The notes under the pieces: model-generated
Database searches by the model: none
The model's input: only the letters and a program-made list of their open reading frames with translations
Told to the model about the DNA's origin: nothing
In this document: piece by piece, positions 1-10,710 of the stretch
Layout of the letters: each line of letters starts with the position of its first letter
Numbering within the stretch: position 1 is the first letter of the stretch
Translations under genes and position numbers: made by a program
Source of the DNA: Octopus vulgaris
Taxonomy: Eukaryota
Assembly (NCBI GenBank): GCA_951406725.2
Contig: OX597822.1
Span: 45,508,001-45,572,000 of the forward strand
DNA: 64,000 nt
Reading direction: 5' to 3'

Positions 1-490
1 GGAGCGCTCGTCGTCGTAACCGACGGAATGCCAGTTTATATCCGTATGTATATAAGTATGTTTGCGTACGTGAGTGAAACATACACGCACACTATATGTG
101 TGCGTATATATATATAACAGTTGAAGTTAATATAGAATTCGATAGTGAGACAAAAATACATGAACCGAAGACCAATGTAATCCATATAATTTATCTTCAT
201 TAGCCGTTCTTGTTTAGTTCCAAGTCAACCCTGATGCAGCACACCTACGATCGAAGATGCTGCAGCTTTGGCCATCCTGTCATTATCTCGAGTTATGTGT
301 GTCAAAGACTACGTGATTCAAAACGTTCTCTTCGATGGTAAGAGTGTAATTTGTGGGACACATGGCTGGTATTTCTAGCTAAACAAGCCCCCACGTCGAT
401 CTGTGACAACGTGGTCCGTACCAAAAGATTTCGCACCAAGGAAGTCTTTCCCCACCCCACCCCACCAGCATCTTTACATAAAATATAAAT

Positions 491-667
491 CAGAGGTACT
501 CGACCGCGGCTCCCATGGCATCATGCGACCCTGAAGCATCCTTCTAGCGGCCCTCGACGGTCTCCCCTCTATAAATATTCGTTTTCCTTTCATTGGTTTT
601 ACGTCTTTTGGTGGGTCCTCTGAAAAAAAAATTGGCCTAGATATTTAAAAGGTTAAAAACCGCTGGT
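491..667. mobile_element. Degenerate hAT-like MITE
   Basis: Imperfect terminal inverted repeats CAGAGGTACTCGACC ... GGTTAAAAACCGCTG resemble hAT/Charlie MITE ends; non-coding interior. Confidence 0.4.
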
Positions 668-708
668 CTAAATTGATATTAAATTGACATGGATCTTATA
701 CATATGAG

Positions 709-1014
709 GGTGCATGGCCTGGTGATTATGGTGTTGAATTGGGTTCGATTCCCAGCTCAGGCAGCGCGCTTTGTCCTTGAGCAAGTCACTTTATTTCTCA
801 TTACTCCAGTCCGCTCAACTAGCAAAAATGAGCTGTACCTGTAATTCAAAGGGCCAGCCTTGTAACAATGTGTCATGCTGAATCTCCCTGAGAACTACTT
901 TAAGGGCTCACGTGTCTGTGGAGTGCTCAGCCACTTGCATGTTACTGTCTTAAGCAGGCTGTTCCGTCGATCGTAGTAACTGGAACCCTCGTCGGTGCAA
1001 CCGACGAGGTGCCA
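709..1014 (+). mobile_element. tRNA-derived SINE, family B
   Basis: B-box-like GGGTTCGATTCCC, GTCCTTGAGCAAGTCACTT core, tail ...GAATCTCCCTGAGAACTAC...AACCGACG. Related copies at 1-32, 8565-8836, 38740-39043 and the 3' half of 32622-32977. Confidence 0.75.
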
Positions 1015-1290
1015 GCTTTATTCTAAATATAGATTGATCGATCGATTACGGCCGACCCTGCACATGTATGTGTAGACATGTAAAATTTATAAGGAACTGT
1101 TGCTCCAGTATCCATGTCTTGCTTCTCTACGCAGCTGACGCTTATTCAAGGGAAAAGCTGCCGACTTAGGCCGATACTTATAGCGTAGCCTGTGGGAGGG
1201 GAGCAGTATTCCAGCCAAGAACTGGGTTGTATCTATATGAGTATGTTTTTGTGTTCGTTTCCCACTACCGCTTAACAGCGTTGATATTTC

Positions 1291-1530
1291 CATTATTTAC
1301 ATTTGACGGATGTTTGCCCTCATCTTGTTTAACACGACGTTTCGGCTGATATACCCTTCAGCCTTCACCAGGTGTCTTGGAGAAATTTCGAACCTGGGTT
1401 CTCATTCCTAAGGTATTTTTCGATGTTATTATTATTCAGGTCACTGCCTGGAATCGAACTCGGATATTTGAGGACAAATATCCGTAAAATGTAAATAATG
1501 TACATAATTCCTCATCTCATAAATATAGAA
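1291..1530. mobile_element. Fold-back element, probably Penelope-like pLTR remnant
   Basis: Inverted ends CATTATTTACATTTGACGGAT... / ...ATCCGTAAAATGTAAATAATG; contains a hammerhead motif; related copy at 6011-6156. Confidence 0.55.
1331..1376 (-). ncRNA. Type I minimal hammerhead ribozyme motif with one core mutation
   Basis: Minus strand GACAC-CTGGTGA-A-GGCTGA-loop-TCAGCC-GAAAC-GTC-GTGTT: stem I, core CUGANGA (here CUGGUGA), 6-bp stem II, GAAA, palindromic ACGT stem III, GUC triplet. Confidence 0.65.
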
Positions 1531-2038
1531 AGGTATTGGTATATTTATGGCCCCGTAACGTAAAGGTTCGACAAAAGCGAACGATAGAATAAGTACTAGA
1601 CTTAAAAACTAAGTAGGGGTCGTTTTGTTAATCTAAAACCCCTTCAAGAAGGTACTCCAGAATGACCGCAGTCAAATAACTGAAACCAGTTAAAAATACA
1701 TAATTGTGAAAATAATTGTGGGAGAGAGATGAGAGCAAGCTGGACGTAGAGATGTTTATTATAATTTATATTTATATTTTGTATGATATCGTTCGCCATA
1801 TTATCGAGATGGATGGAACCGACAGAACATCGGACGAAATGCCTTGCCTTTTTCAGCTACGTTTCGTTACGTTCTCGGTTCAAATCCGCCCGAGGTCGCG
1901 CTGGCCTTTTTATCCGAGTTCTGTAAAACATTCTAATCAAGACCTGGGTCGTCATGACCGAATATACATACATCACCCAATCCCCTCTTTAAAAAAAAAA
2001 ATGCCTGGCATGTGATTTTTAGAAATGATTATTTACCA

Positions 2039-2080
<42 letters not shown>

Positions 2081-2149
2081 TAATGGAAAATATTGCGTGT
2101 TTCAAACTAGTTTTCTTGAAAAACTCGTAAAAGAACAGAATTAACTACA

Positions 2150-2680
2150 AATTGTATTACTACCACACCCGTTACGACCACCACTACTAACACCACTACC
2201 TCTCCAGCTATTGCAACTGCGGTTCCAACTAGTGTTAGCGCAACACTTACTACTACCACTACTATTAATACTGCTGCTACGACTACTATTTCAAGTACTA
2301 TCACCGAAACCATAGTTATTACCACTATTATTATAATTAACACTACTACTATAGGTACCACTATAACTACCATAACCACCACCATAAACATCACCACTAC
2401 AACCATCACCATTATCACCACCACTAGCATCACCACGACCATCACCACTACCGCCGCCACTGCTACTACTACCGCCGCCACTGCTACTACTACCGCCGCC
2501 ACTGCTACTACTACCGCCACCACCACCACTACTACCGCCACCACCACCACCACCACCGCTACCACCACCACCGCCACCATCACTATCGCCACCACTATCA
2601 CCGCCACCATTACCACTTCCACCGCCACACCCACCACTGTCACCACCGCCATTATTTCAACTACTACTACTACTGCACCA
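2150..2680 (+). repeat. Degenerate (ACC/ACT)n trinucleotide repeat
   Basis: Direct inspection; explains the poly-Val ORF 2107-2715. Confidence 0.9.
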
Positions 2681-3034
2681 ACCAACCGGCAAACCGAACC
2701 ACATCCATTAATCACGTGAACAATTCTTAACGGATGATTTATCCATTTTTAAACGGCTTAAGAACAAATCTTTTACATTTTTCGTTTAAGAAAATCGTGG
2801 TTTGGTCGATATATGACTAAGTCACGCGAGAATTTACCGTGAACGTCTATATAGACACACACACAGACAGACAGACTGATTGATTGATTAGTTTTGGGGG
2901 TTGTTTGTTTTGTTTGTTTCTTGTCTCCATCAAAAGGTGGCGGTGGAAGTGGAGGCGGCGACTGAATGTCAATATTAAGATTTCGAAAGAAAGAACGGTT
3001 TGGGTTTTTTTTTTTTTTTTTTTAGTAATTTTTT

Positions 3035-3945
3035 GTCTTTTGTTTCAGTCATTATACTGCGGCTATCCTGGGGGCACCTCCTTGAAGAACTCTAATCGAA
3101 TGAATCGATTCCACTGTTTTTTATTCTTTTTTTTTTTTTAATCAAAGCCTGGTACTTACTCGATCGATCTCTTTCTGCCGAACCACTAACTTGCGAAAAC
3201 ACATCAACACCGTCAAGCAGTGGCAGGTGGGGGGTGAACACACGCACACATACACACACACTCACACACATACACACACACACACATACACACGCACTCA
3301 CACACATACACACGCACTCACGCACATACACACGCACTCACGCACATACACACGCACTCACGCACATACACACGCACATACACACGCACTCACGCACATA
3401 CACACGCACTCACGCACATACACACGCACTCACGCACATACACACGCACTCACGCACATACACACGCACATACACACGCACATACACACGCACATACACA
3501 CGCACTCACGCACATACACACGCACTCACGCACATACACACGCACTCACGTACATACACACGCACTCACGCACATACACACGCACTCACGCACATACACA
3601 CGCACTCACGCACACACACACACGCACACACATGCACACGCACACGCACGCACACACACTCGCACACGCACACACACTCGCACACGCACACACACTCGCA
3701 CACGCACACACACTCGCACACGCACACACACTCGCACACACACTCACACACGCACTCGCACACACACTCGCACACGCACTCGCACACGCACGCACACGCA
3801 CGCACACGCATGCACACACGCATACACGTACGCGCATACACGACGAGCTTCTTTCTGTTTCCGTCTACCAAAAAGCCACTCGCAAGGCTTTGGTCAGCCC
3901 GATGCTAGAGAACTTGTCTAAAGTTCCACGCAGCACCATGTGGTT
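3035..3945 (-). mobile_element. SINE family A with its internal microsatellite expanded to ~600 bp of CA-based repeat (3238-3840)
   Basis: SINE tail segment at 3035-3237 and head-side segment (CTTCTTTCTGTTTCCGTCTACC...) at 3841-3945 flank the compound CA/CGCA repeat. Confidence 0.75.
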
Positions 3946-4330
3946 TTTATAGGAGGCGGGGTCACGGCAATTACATCGACCCCACCCTCACCCCCATCTT
4001 CCATCCAACCCCCTACGCTTGGTAGGTACTTTATTGTATCGACTCTCGAAACGACAAAAGACAAAGTTGATTTCCAAGCTTTGAGATTTTCATAAAATTC
4101 TTTCATTATAAATAATCTTTCATTTCGTTCCGCAGTTAACCTCTAAACATACACCTTTTTTTTTTTTTCAATTTCCATGCGAAAAATATATTTTTCTTTT
4201 GAATCTATATATAAGGAAGAATAAGTACGCAAATTATTTTGGATTGGTTATGATTTATTTTAAGTTACTGATAGAAATGATAGAAAACGGGAATAACATG
4301 ATGAACGGAGTATTTCGGTTTAGAAATAAG

Positions 4331-4630
4331 TGGCATCCAACGAAAATGCAAATATATGGGAAACTACCACCTGTGTCATCTCTTGTGAAAGGTAGGAGAG
4401 TCCAGTTTGCTGGACATTGTTGTAGAGCTGAAAAAGAAGTAATTTCTACTCTTCTCCTCTGGAAGCCATCTACTCGCAATACCAGAGGGAGCACCCTCTC
4501 CTACTCTGATGTAATCTCCAGGGATACAGGCATCCAGCAACAGGACCTCCGTAATGCCATGATGAACCGTGAAGTCTGGCGTAGCATGGTAAATTCCATT
4601 GTCTCGACCACGGTCGAACAATGACGATGA
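4331..4630 (+). mobile_element. 5'-truncated RTE-group LINE 3' fragment
   Basis: Translation HPTKMQIYGKLPPVSSLVKGRRVQFAGHCCR...AMMNREVWRSMV matches the typical RTE ORF2 C-terminus; ends in a short (GAC/GAT) tail. Confidence 0.8.
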
Positions 4631-5280
4631 GTATAGTGAACGTATATTTTCATTCAAATTTGAAGGAAAATATATGGAATAATACGTTAAGGGGTTAATC
4701 ATGTCTTGGTTTTGCCAAAGTGCTTAACTGAAGTATGAAGTTACAGATAGTTAATGAGAGAAAACTGGAATAACATTATGAACGAACTATTTCGGGTAAG
4801 AAATAATTGACATTTACCTTAGAATACAGTGAACGTATATTTTCGTTCAAATATATATTTACTAGACGTCTCGGAACGAAAGTACATGAAATGATACGTT
4901 TAGGGGTTAAGTATGTTTAACCCTTTAGCGTTTAAACTAGCCTTGTCTAGCCAAAGTATTCTTCAGGTTTTATGTCTAAACCATTCAGATTTTGCCTCTC
5001 ATACCTACCCTGTAATGTCATTGTAAAAATAAACAATCACGTCATCGAAATCTCGAAATCACAAGCTAATTCATGATCGATGCAAAACAATGTAAATAAA
5101 TTTTACAAATGGTACAGTAAACCGAATGCTGCAGGCCTAACACTTAAGAAGCAATCTACCAGAATATTCTAATTTGTTCTTTTACATAATCACAAAGATT
5201 CTAATTGTTGGGAAAGGTGAAACGGTTAACTATGTCTATACCATTACATGGCTGTTGGTTATTTTAGCGACCCCTAAATG

Positions 5281-5550
5281 GATGTGAGTTCAAATTTAAC
5301 TCTGGCGCGGTTAGAAGTTGGATGTAAGTTCAAATTTAACTCTGGCGTGGTTAGAAGTTGGATGCAAGTTCAAATTTAACTTTGGCGTGGTTAGACGTTG
5401 TAAGTTCAAATTTAACTCTGACGTGGTTAGAAGTTGGATGCAAGTTCAAATTTAACTCTGGCGTGGTTAGAAGTTGGATACAAGTTCAAATTTAACTCTG
5501 GCGTGGTTTGAAGTTGGATGTAAGTTCAAATTTAACTCTGGCGTGATTAG
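5281..5550 (+). repeat. ~39-bp minisatellite, ~7 copies
   Basis: Unit GATGYAAGTTCAAATTTAACTCTGGCGTGGTTAGAAGTTG repeated in tandem. Confidence 0.9.
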
Positions 5551-6010
5551 TACTCGGTACGTGAAGAGTCGTAACTAAATCCTAGAATTTATTTTGCTCA
5601 ACATTCGAGAAATTCTAACAAACGTTGCTTCTCATGTATATTATACTTCCTCTTTTGTCCTGTGTCAGAAGTGAACGTCATATTTTTCTTTTCTTTTTGA
5701 TCGAGATATTTTCGGTTTCACTTATTTCCTCCGAATTACTCTTTTATCCTTTTACTTGTTTCAATCATTGGACCTCTGCCGCGTGGGGGAACCGCCTTGA
5801 AGGGCTTTGGAAGAAACCATTTGCTCAAGATACTCCTCACACAATGGGGCTGAACCCTAAACCACTAGGCAACAAAGCGAGCTTCTTTACCACACAGCAA
5901 CGGCTGCGCCTACTGAAAATATTCTGTATACATTTAGTTCTTCATGCCAATTACTAAAACCACAACCATTTTTTTTAAGAGAAATCAAGTTAAACCTTTT
6001 TAAAGATACA

Positions 6011-6156
6011 GTTCTTATATTTAAGAGATGAGGAATTTTGTACATTATATACATTTGACGGATATTTCATGAAGGTTGGAGGCTATATCAGCCGAAACGT
6101 TGTGTTAACAACAAACGAGGACAACTGTCCGTCAATTGCAAATAATGTAAATAATG
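6011..6156. mobile_element. Fold-back Penelope-like remnant with 5'-truncated hammerhead
   Basis: Same family as 1291-1530; retains ATGA-AGGTTG...CAGCC-GAAAC-GTT-GTGTT on + strand. Confidence 0.5.
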
Positions 6157-7525
6157 CTTTTAAAGATAGTCTTCTTTTTTAACCAATCGAATCTATCCAT
6201 TCTCGATATTCAGCCAACAGGTGAAGCTGTTTGTATATGTTCCCATATTAGACTCGGGTATGGCTGAGCGGTTAAGAACTTGTGAGTGAATTTGATAGAT
6301 AAAAACTGTATGGAAGCCCGTCATATGACAACCGGTGTTTATTTATGTTCTCCTAACTTAGCAGTTCAGCAAAAGTGATTTGTAGAATATGGACCAAACT
6401 TTTAGAATAAGTACTGGGGTCGATTGTTTTTTCAACTAAAACTCTTTAAGGTCGTGCTCCAGTATGGTCATAACTCAGTGACTGAAACGAGTAAAAACTA
6501 GCAACTTACTGAAACTATTTTAGTAGGTTTAGAATTTAAAGGGTTCAGGGTTCGATTCTTGAGTGCATCGCAAAATTTCATTGCAAGCGTTATTTTCCTC
6601 CATTAAATATTTTCCTCCATTAAATATTTTCGTATATAATGGTTTTATAACATTTTTCTTAATTTCTCAAATTACGTTTTTGCAATTTTGGAAGTCTCCT
6701 GTTAAAAACGAAACAAAAAAGATGAGTGGAGGAAAGCACAATGCCGCATTTTATAATACTGTCACAGCGTTCAGTGAAAGAATGGTTCTGGGTGGCTAAA
6801 ATTACAAAAGAAAATATTTTAAGTTTTGTAACATTTTGTATAAATTTCTCAATAAGTGATTATGATTTTAGCAATTGGCATGCAAAAATATACATTAGTG
6901 TAGAAATTTTCGATAATGTCGGAGGAAATGTGTCGAACAAAAATAATCCTTTATATGTCTTAGAAGGACGAAGGCCAGCACCCTCGGTTCTTTTTCGGGA
7001 TCTCTGAGATTGATAGACGTGAGGGTAGTAAAATAGCTACAACACTGAATTCCCACTACCAGGCCCCTGTTTTCCAGGTGCCGCTGAGCCGGGTAAGGAA
7101 TTAAGTCCATTACCCAGGAGCAGAAACGGTTGCCTTTCCCCCTTGACATGTTCCTCTCTTTACCAAATTTTGCAGACAAGTTTTCTGTTTCACTACAAGA
7201 GGTTATGGTAGAAGTCCCACATCTCACTGTATATTCCACATAACACCTGAAATTTAGCGGGAAGGTGGTTAAATTGATCCTCGAGCTTACCAGCCTCGGA
7301 GGGATAAAAGGTAAAGTTTACCTCGGCGGCATTTGAACCCAAAATATAAAGAACCGGAAGAAACACCACATGGCATTTTGTTGGACGCTCTAAGTTGTTA
7401 GTTCTTGTACACGATCATTGAGAAGATTGGGTGTACTCCACCCGTTTGACCTGCCCTTCACAGTAAAATGTAAAAACACTTAAAGGTTACCCGTTTTCAT
7501 TTCATTTATTTCTTTTATTTCCCAG

Positions 7526-7827
7526 ATTGTTCGTGTTGCTGCTATTGCTGGTTACTTATTTCCATATTTACCATAGTCTCTGTGAATGCTCAAGTGGCCC
7601 CACATAGTGTGAAACTCAACTGTACAACAAATAATGGTTCCACAAGAAATTCGGGGCAACTTGCCATTGGGGCGGCCTTTCCTCTTTATGCCGAATTGAG
7701 ATGTAAAAATGGCCTATTCACAAACAGTTCTGTAGAAGATTCGGCTTTTATCACCTTCCATTTCATACACGGAGTTGAAAGTGTGAAGCGGGGATCGAAC
7801 GCTGGCGTATGTATAATGGAAAAAGCG
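7526..7827 (+). CDS. ZP-domain protein, exon with signal-peptide end and first half of ZP-N
   Basis: Polypyrimidine + CCCAG acceptor and GCG|GTACGT donor. Translation ..CWLLISIFTIVSVNA-QVAPHSVKLNC...LRCKNG...GVCIMEKA; the phase-0 end joins the exon at 23831. No in-frame ATG upstream, so an unidentified upstream exon is required. Confidence 0.75.
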
Positions 7828-7859
7828 GTACGTAGAACTTACAATATCTTTTGAGGTTT

Positions 7860-8290
7860 ATTTTTTACTAGTTTCGGTCATCCTATTGCAGCCATGCTGG
7901 GGCACAGCCTTGAAAGATTTAGTCAAACAGATCAGCCCAAGTACCTTGTTTTTTAAGTCTGGTACTTATTTTATCACTCTTTTTGCGAACCGCTAAGTTA
8001 CGGGGATGTAAACAAACCAACACCAATTGTCAAACATTAAGGTGCGGAACAAACAGATGACACACACATACACACTATGTATGTATGTATGTATGTATGT
8101 ATGTATGTATGTATGTATGTATGTATGTATGTATGTATGTATGTATGTATTCACATACTTTCCGTCTCCCAAATTCACAAGGTATTGGTTGATCGGTAGC
8201 TATTATAAAAGGCACTTGCCCAGTGCTGCGATGTGGGACCGAACCTCGTGGTTGCATTTCGTACTTAACCACAAAGCCATACCGGCGCCT
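7860..8290 (-). mobile_element. SINE family A with internal (ATGT)n
   Basis: Matches other family A copies (CCATGCTGGGGCAC, GAACCGCTAAGTTACGGGGA). Confidence 0.7.
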
Positions 8291-8434
8291 AAGGCGTGGC
8301 TTGAAGGAAATTCAGTTTCTGCTTAATTCCCACTGCTGGTTCAGTCCTACTTCGCGACAAAGTGTCTTCTATTATAACATAAGGCCGACCAATGCCTTGA
8401 GATAATTTGATCAACGGAAACTGTGCGGCATCGG

Positions 8435-8473
<39 letters not shown>

Positions 8474-8564
8474 CGCCTGTTTTTCTCTTCCTGCTTGACA
8501 ACTACGTACCTCTGACTTAACAGTTCAAAAAAAGTTGACGATACAATATATATACTGGAACTCC

Positions 8565-8836
8565 GTCGATCACGACGACGTGGATTCCAGTTGATCCGGA
8601 TCATTGGAAGCGGCTGCTCATGAAAATAACCTACAAGTGGCTGAGTAATCCACGGACACGCGTATCCTTAATGTAGTTCTCAGGGAGGTTCGGTGTGACA
8701 CAGAATGAGACAAGGCTGGCTCTTCTGAATTACAAATGCAACTCCTTTTTTGCCAGCCGAGTGGGCGGAGTAGTATGTAATAAAGTGTCTTGATCAAGGA
8801 CACAACGCGCTGCCGGGAATCGAACTCACGACCTTG
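8565..8836 (-). mobile_element. SINE family B
   Basis: Reverse complement of the 709-1014 family. Confidence 0.7.
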
Positions 8837-8958
8837 CGAACATTTTGGCAATGAAATACGTTTTGAGATTCATTTGATAGATTAACGCTTCAAAGCGGTG
8901 CCCCAGCATGGCCTCAGTCCAATGATTCAAACAATTTAAGCGATATTGTTGTGTTTCT

Positions 8959-9382
8959 AAGGCAGCGAGCTGGCAGAAACGTTAGCTTGCCGGGCGAAAT
9001 GCTTAGCGGTATTTCGTCTGCCGCTACGTTCTGAGTTCAAATACCTCCAAGGTCGACTTTGCTTTTCATCCTTTTGAGGTCGATTAAATAAGTACCAGTT
9101 ACACACTGGTGTCGATATAATCGACTTAATCCGTTTGTCTGTTCTTGTCTGTCCCCTCTGTGTGTAGCCCCTCGTGGGATTTAAGAAAAAAGAAACGTGG
9201 GCGAAATGCTTAGAGGTATTTCATCTGTCTTTACGTTCTAATTTCAAATTCCGCCGAGGTCGACTTTGCCTTTCATCCTTTCGGGATCGATAAATTAAGT
9301 ACCAGTTGCGTATTGAGATCGATCTAATCGACTGGCCTCCGCTCCCCCAAAAATTCGGGCTTTGTGCCTAGAGTAGAAAAGA
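8959..9382 (+). mobile_element. SINE family C (Meta/MESC-like core), full copy plus tandem partial copy with a different tail
   Basis: AAGGCAGCGAGCTGGCAGAA head, GAGTTCAAAT B-box, core GCCTTTCATCCTTTCGGGGTCGATAAATTAAGTACCAG. Confidence 0.8.
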
Positions 9383-9431
9383 ATATTGTTTCTCAATCTG
9401 TTTTTGTTGTTCACTTCAAAGAATTACTGAT

Positions 9432-9783
9432 ACAGGCGTGACTGTGTGGTAAGAAGCTTACTTCCCAACTGCATGGTTCCAGGTTCAGTCCCACAACGTG
9501 GCACCTTGGGCAAGTATCTTTTACTATAGCCTCGAATCTACTAAAGCCTTGTGAGAGGATTTTGTGGACGGAAACTGAAAGTGTGTGTGTATGTATGTTT
9601 TTGTCTCCTACCGCTGTTTGACAAACGGTGTTGTTTTGCTTACGCTACAATTATATAGCGGTTCGGCGAAAGTGATCGATAGAATAAGTACCAAAAGTGC
9701 CAAGGGCGGTTCATTCGGCTAAAAGTCACTCAAGGAGGTGCCCCAGCATGATCGCAGTCTAATAATTGAAGCAAGTTAAAGAT
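9432..9783 (+). mobile_element. SINE family A (tRNA head, CORE-like GGCACCTTGGGCAAG box, LINE-related tail)
   Basis: A-box TGACTGTGTGG, B-box GGTTCAGTCCC, tail GGTGCCCCAGCATG...CAGTCTAATAATTGAAGC. Confidence 0.8.
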
Positions 9784-9899
9784 TTTAAAAAATTAGATAC
9801 ACTTTGTATGGAAAGCTAAATTAAAAACTGTTTTTAAGGTTTAAAAAATATTAACACTTGGCCATTCTAAGTCATTTTTTGAAGACGTTGAAACCTTTG

Positions 9900-10275
9900 T
9901 CTTTTTTTAGTCACTTGACTGCGGCCATGCTGGGGCAGTGCCTTGAAGAATTTCTTGTAGAATAGATCAACCCCAGTCCTTCTTTTCTTTTCTAAGCCAG
10001 GTACTTATTCTGTCGGACTGTTTTGTCGAACCGCTACATTACGGAAACGTACACACACCAATACCGGTTGTCAAGCGTTAATAGGGAATAAAAATACATG
10101 CAAACATCGGGCTTCTTTTAGTTCCCGTCTACCAAATCCACTCACAAGGCTTTGGTCAGCCTGAGGGTATAGTAGAAGACACTTGCCCAAGGTGTCACGT
10201 AGTAGGACTGAACCTAGAACCATGTGGCTGGAAAGCAAACTTTTTCTAGAAGTCTGGCTGCCGACTGTGACGCCT
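9900..10275 (-). mobile_element. SINE family A
   Basis: Reverse-complement copy, tail-to-tail with 9432-9783. Confidence 0.75.
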
Positions 10276-10319
10276 CGTTTTAAAGCCACAACACTACTCT
10301 ATCCAAGATGTCCCGTTTT

Positions 10320-10710
10320 TTTACATTAGCAAAGCTATCAAATAGATTAAAAGCTTTTGAGATGTGGGTGTATAGAATACTTTTGAGAATATCCTGGACA
10401 GAACACAAATCAATGAGGCACTAAAAATGGTAAAAACTAAGAATATTTTTATTAGTTTTATTAGATGCCAAGATAGAAAATAAAAATAGTTTGGACACTT
10501 CGAAAAAAATGGATTAAACAGACTTGATAGAAAGCAAAACTGAATGGGGAAAGAGGAAGGAAACCAAGAACTGCGTAGCTGAATAATATGAAGAATTAGA
10601 CAGACTTGAAATATAGTGAATCTATAAATGACAGCACAAAAAAAAAATAGGACCAAAATGGCGATCCATGGTATTCAAACAATTGAAAGCAGACGATATC
10701 TAATGATCAG
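10320..10710 (+). mobile_element. Highly degraded RTE LINE 3' remnant
   Basis: Residual peptide NRLKAFEMWVYRILLRISWTEH typical of the RTE ORF2 C-terminus; many stops. Confidence 0.6.

Noticed and set aside
2107-2715. Poly-Val ORF, or Thr-rich mucin-like frame on the + strand
   Set aside because: Degenerate ACC/ACT microsatellite; a similar tract at 37840-38510 contains stops; no splice support.
4754-4800. MRENWNNIMNELFR|GTAAG as the first ZP exon
   Set aside because: Phase 0 where phase 1 is needed, and it lies within a duplicated repeat.
9432-9500. tRNA genes at SINE heads
   Set aside because: Only A/B-box similarity; no full cloverleaf, and each continues into a SINE body.
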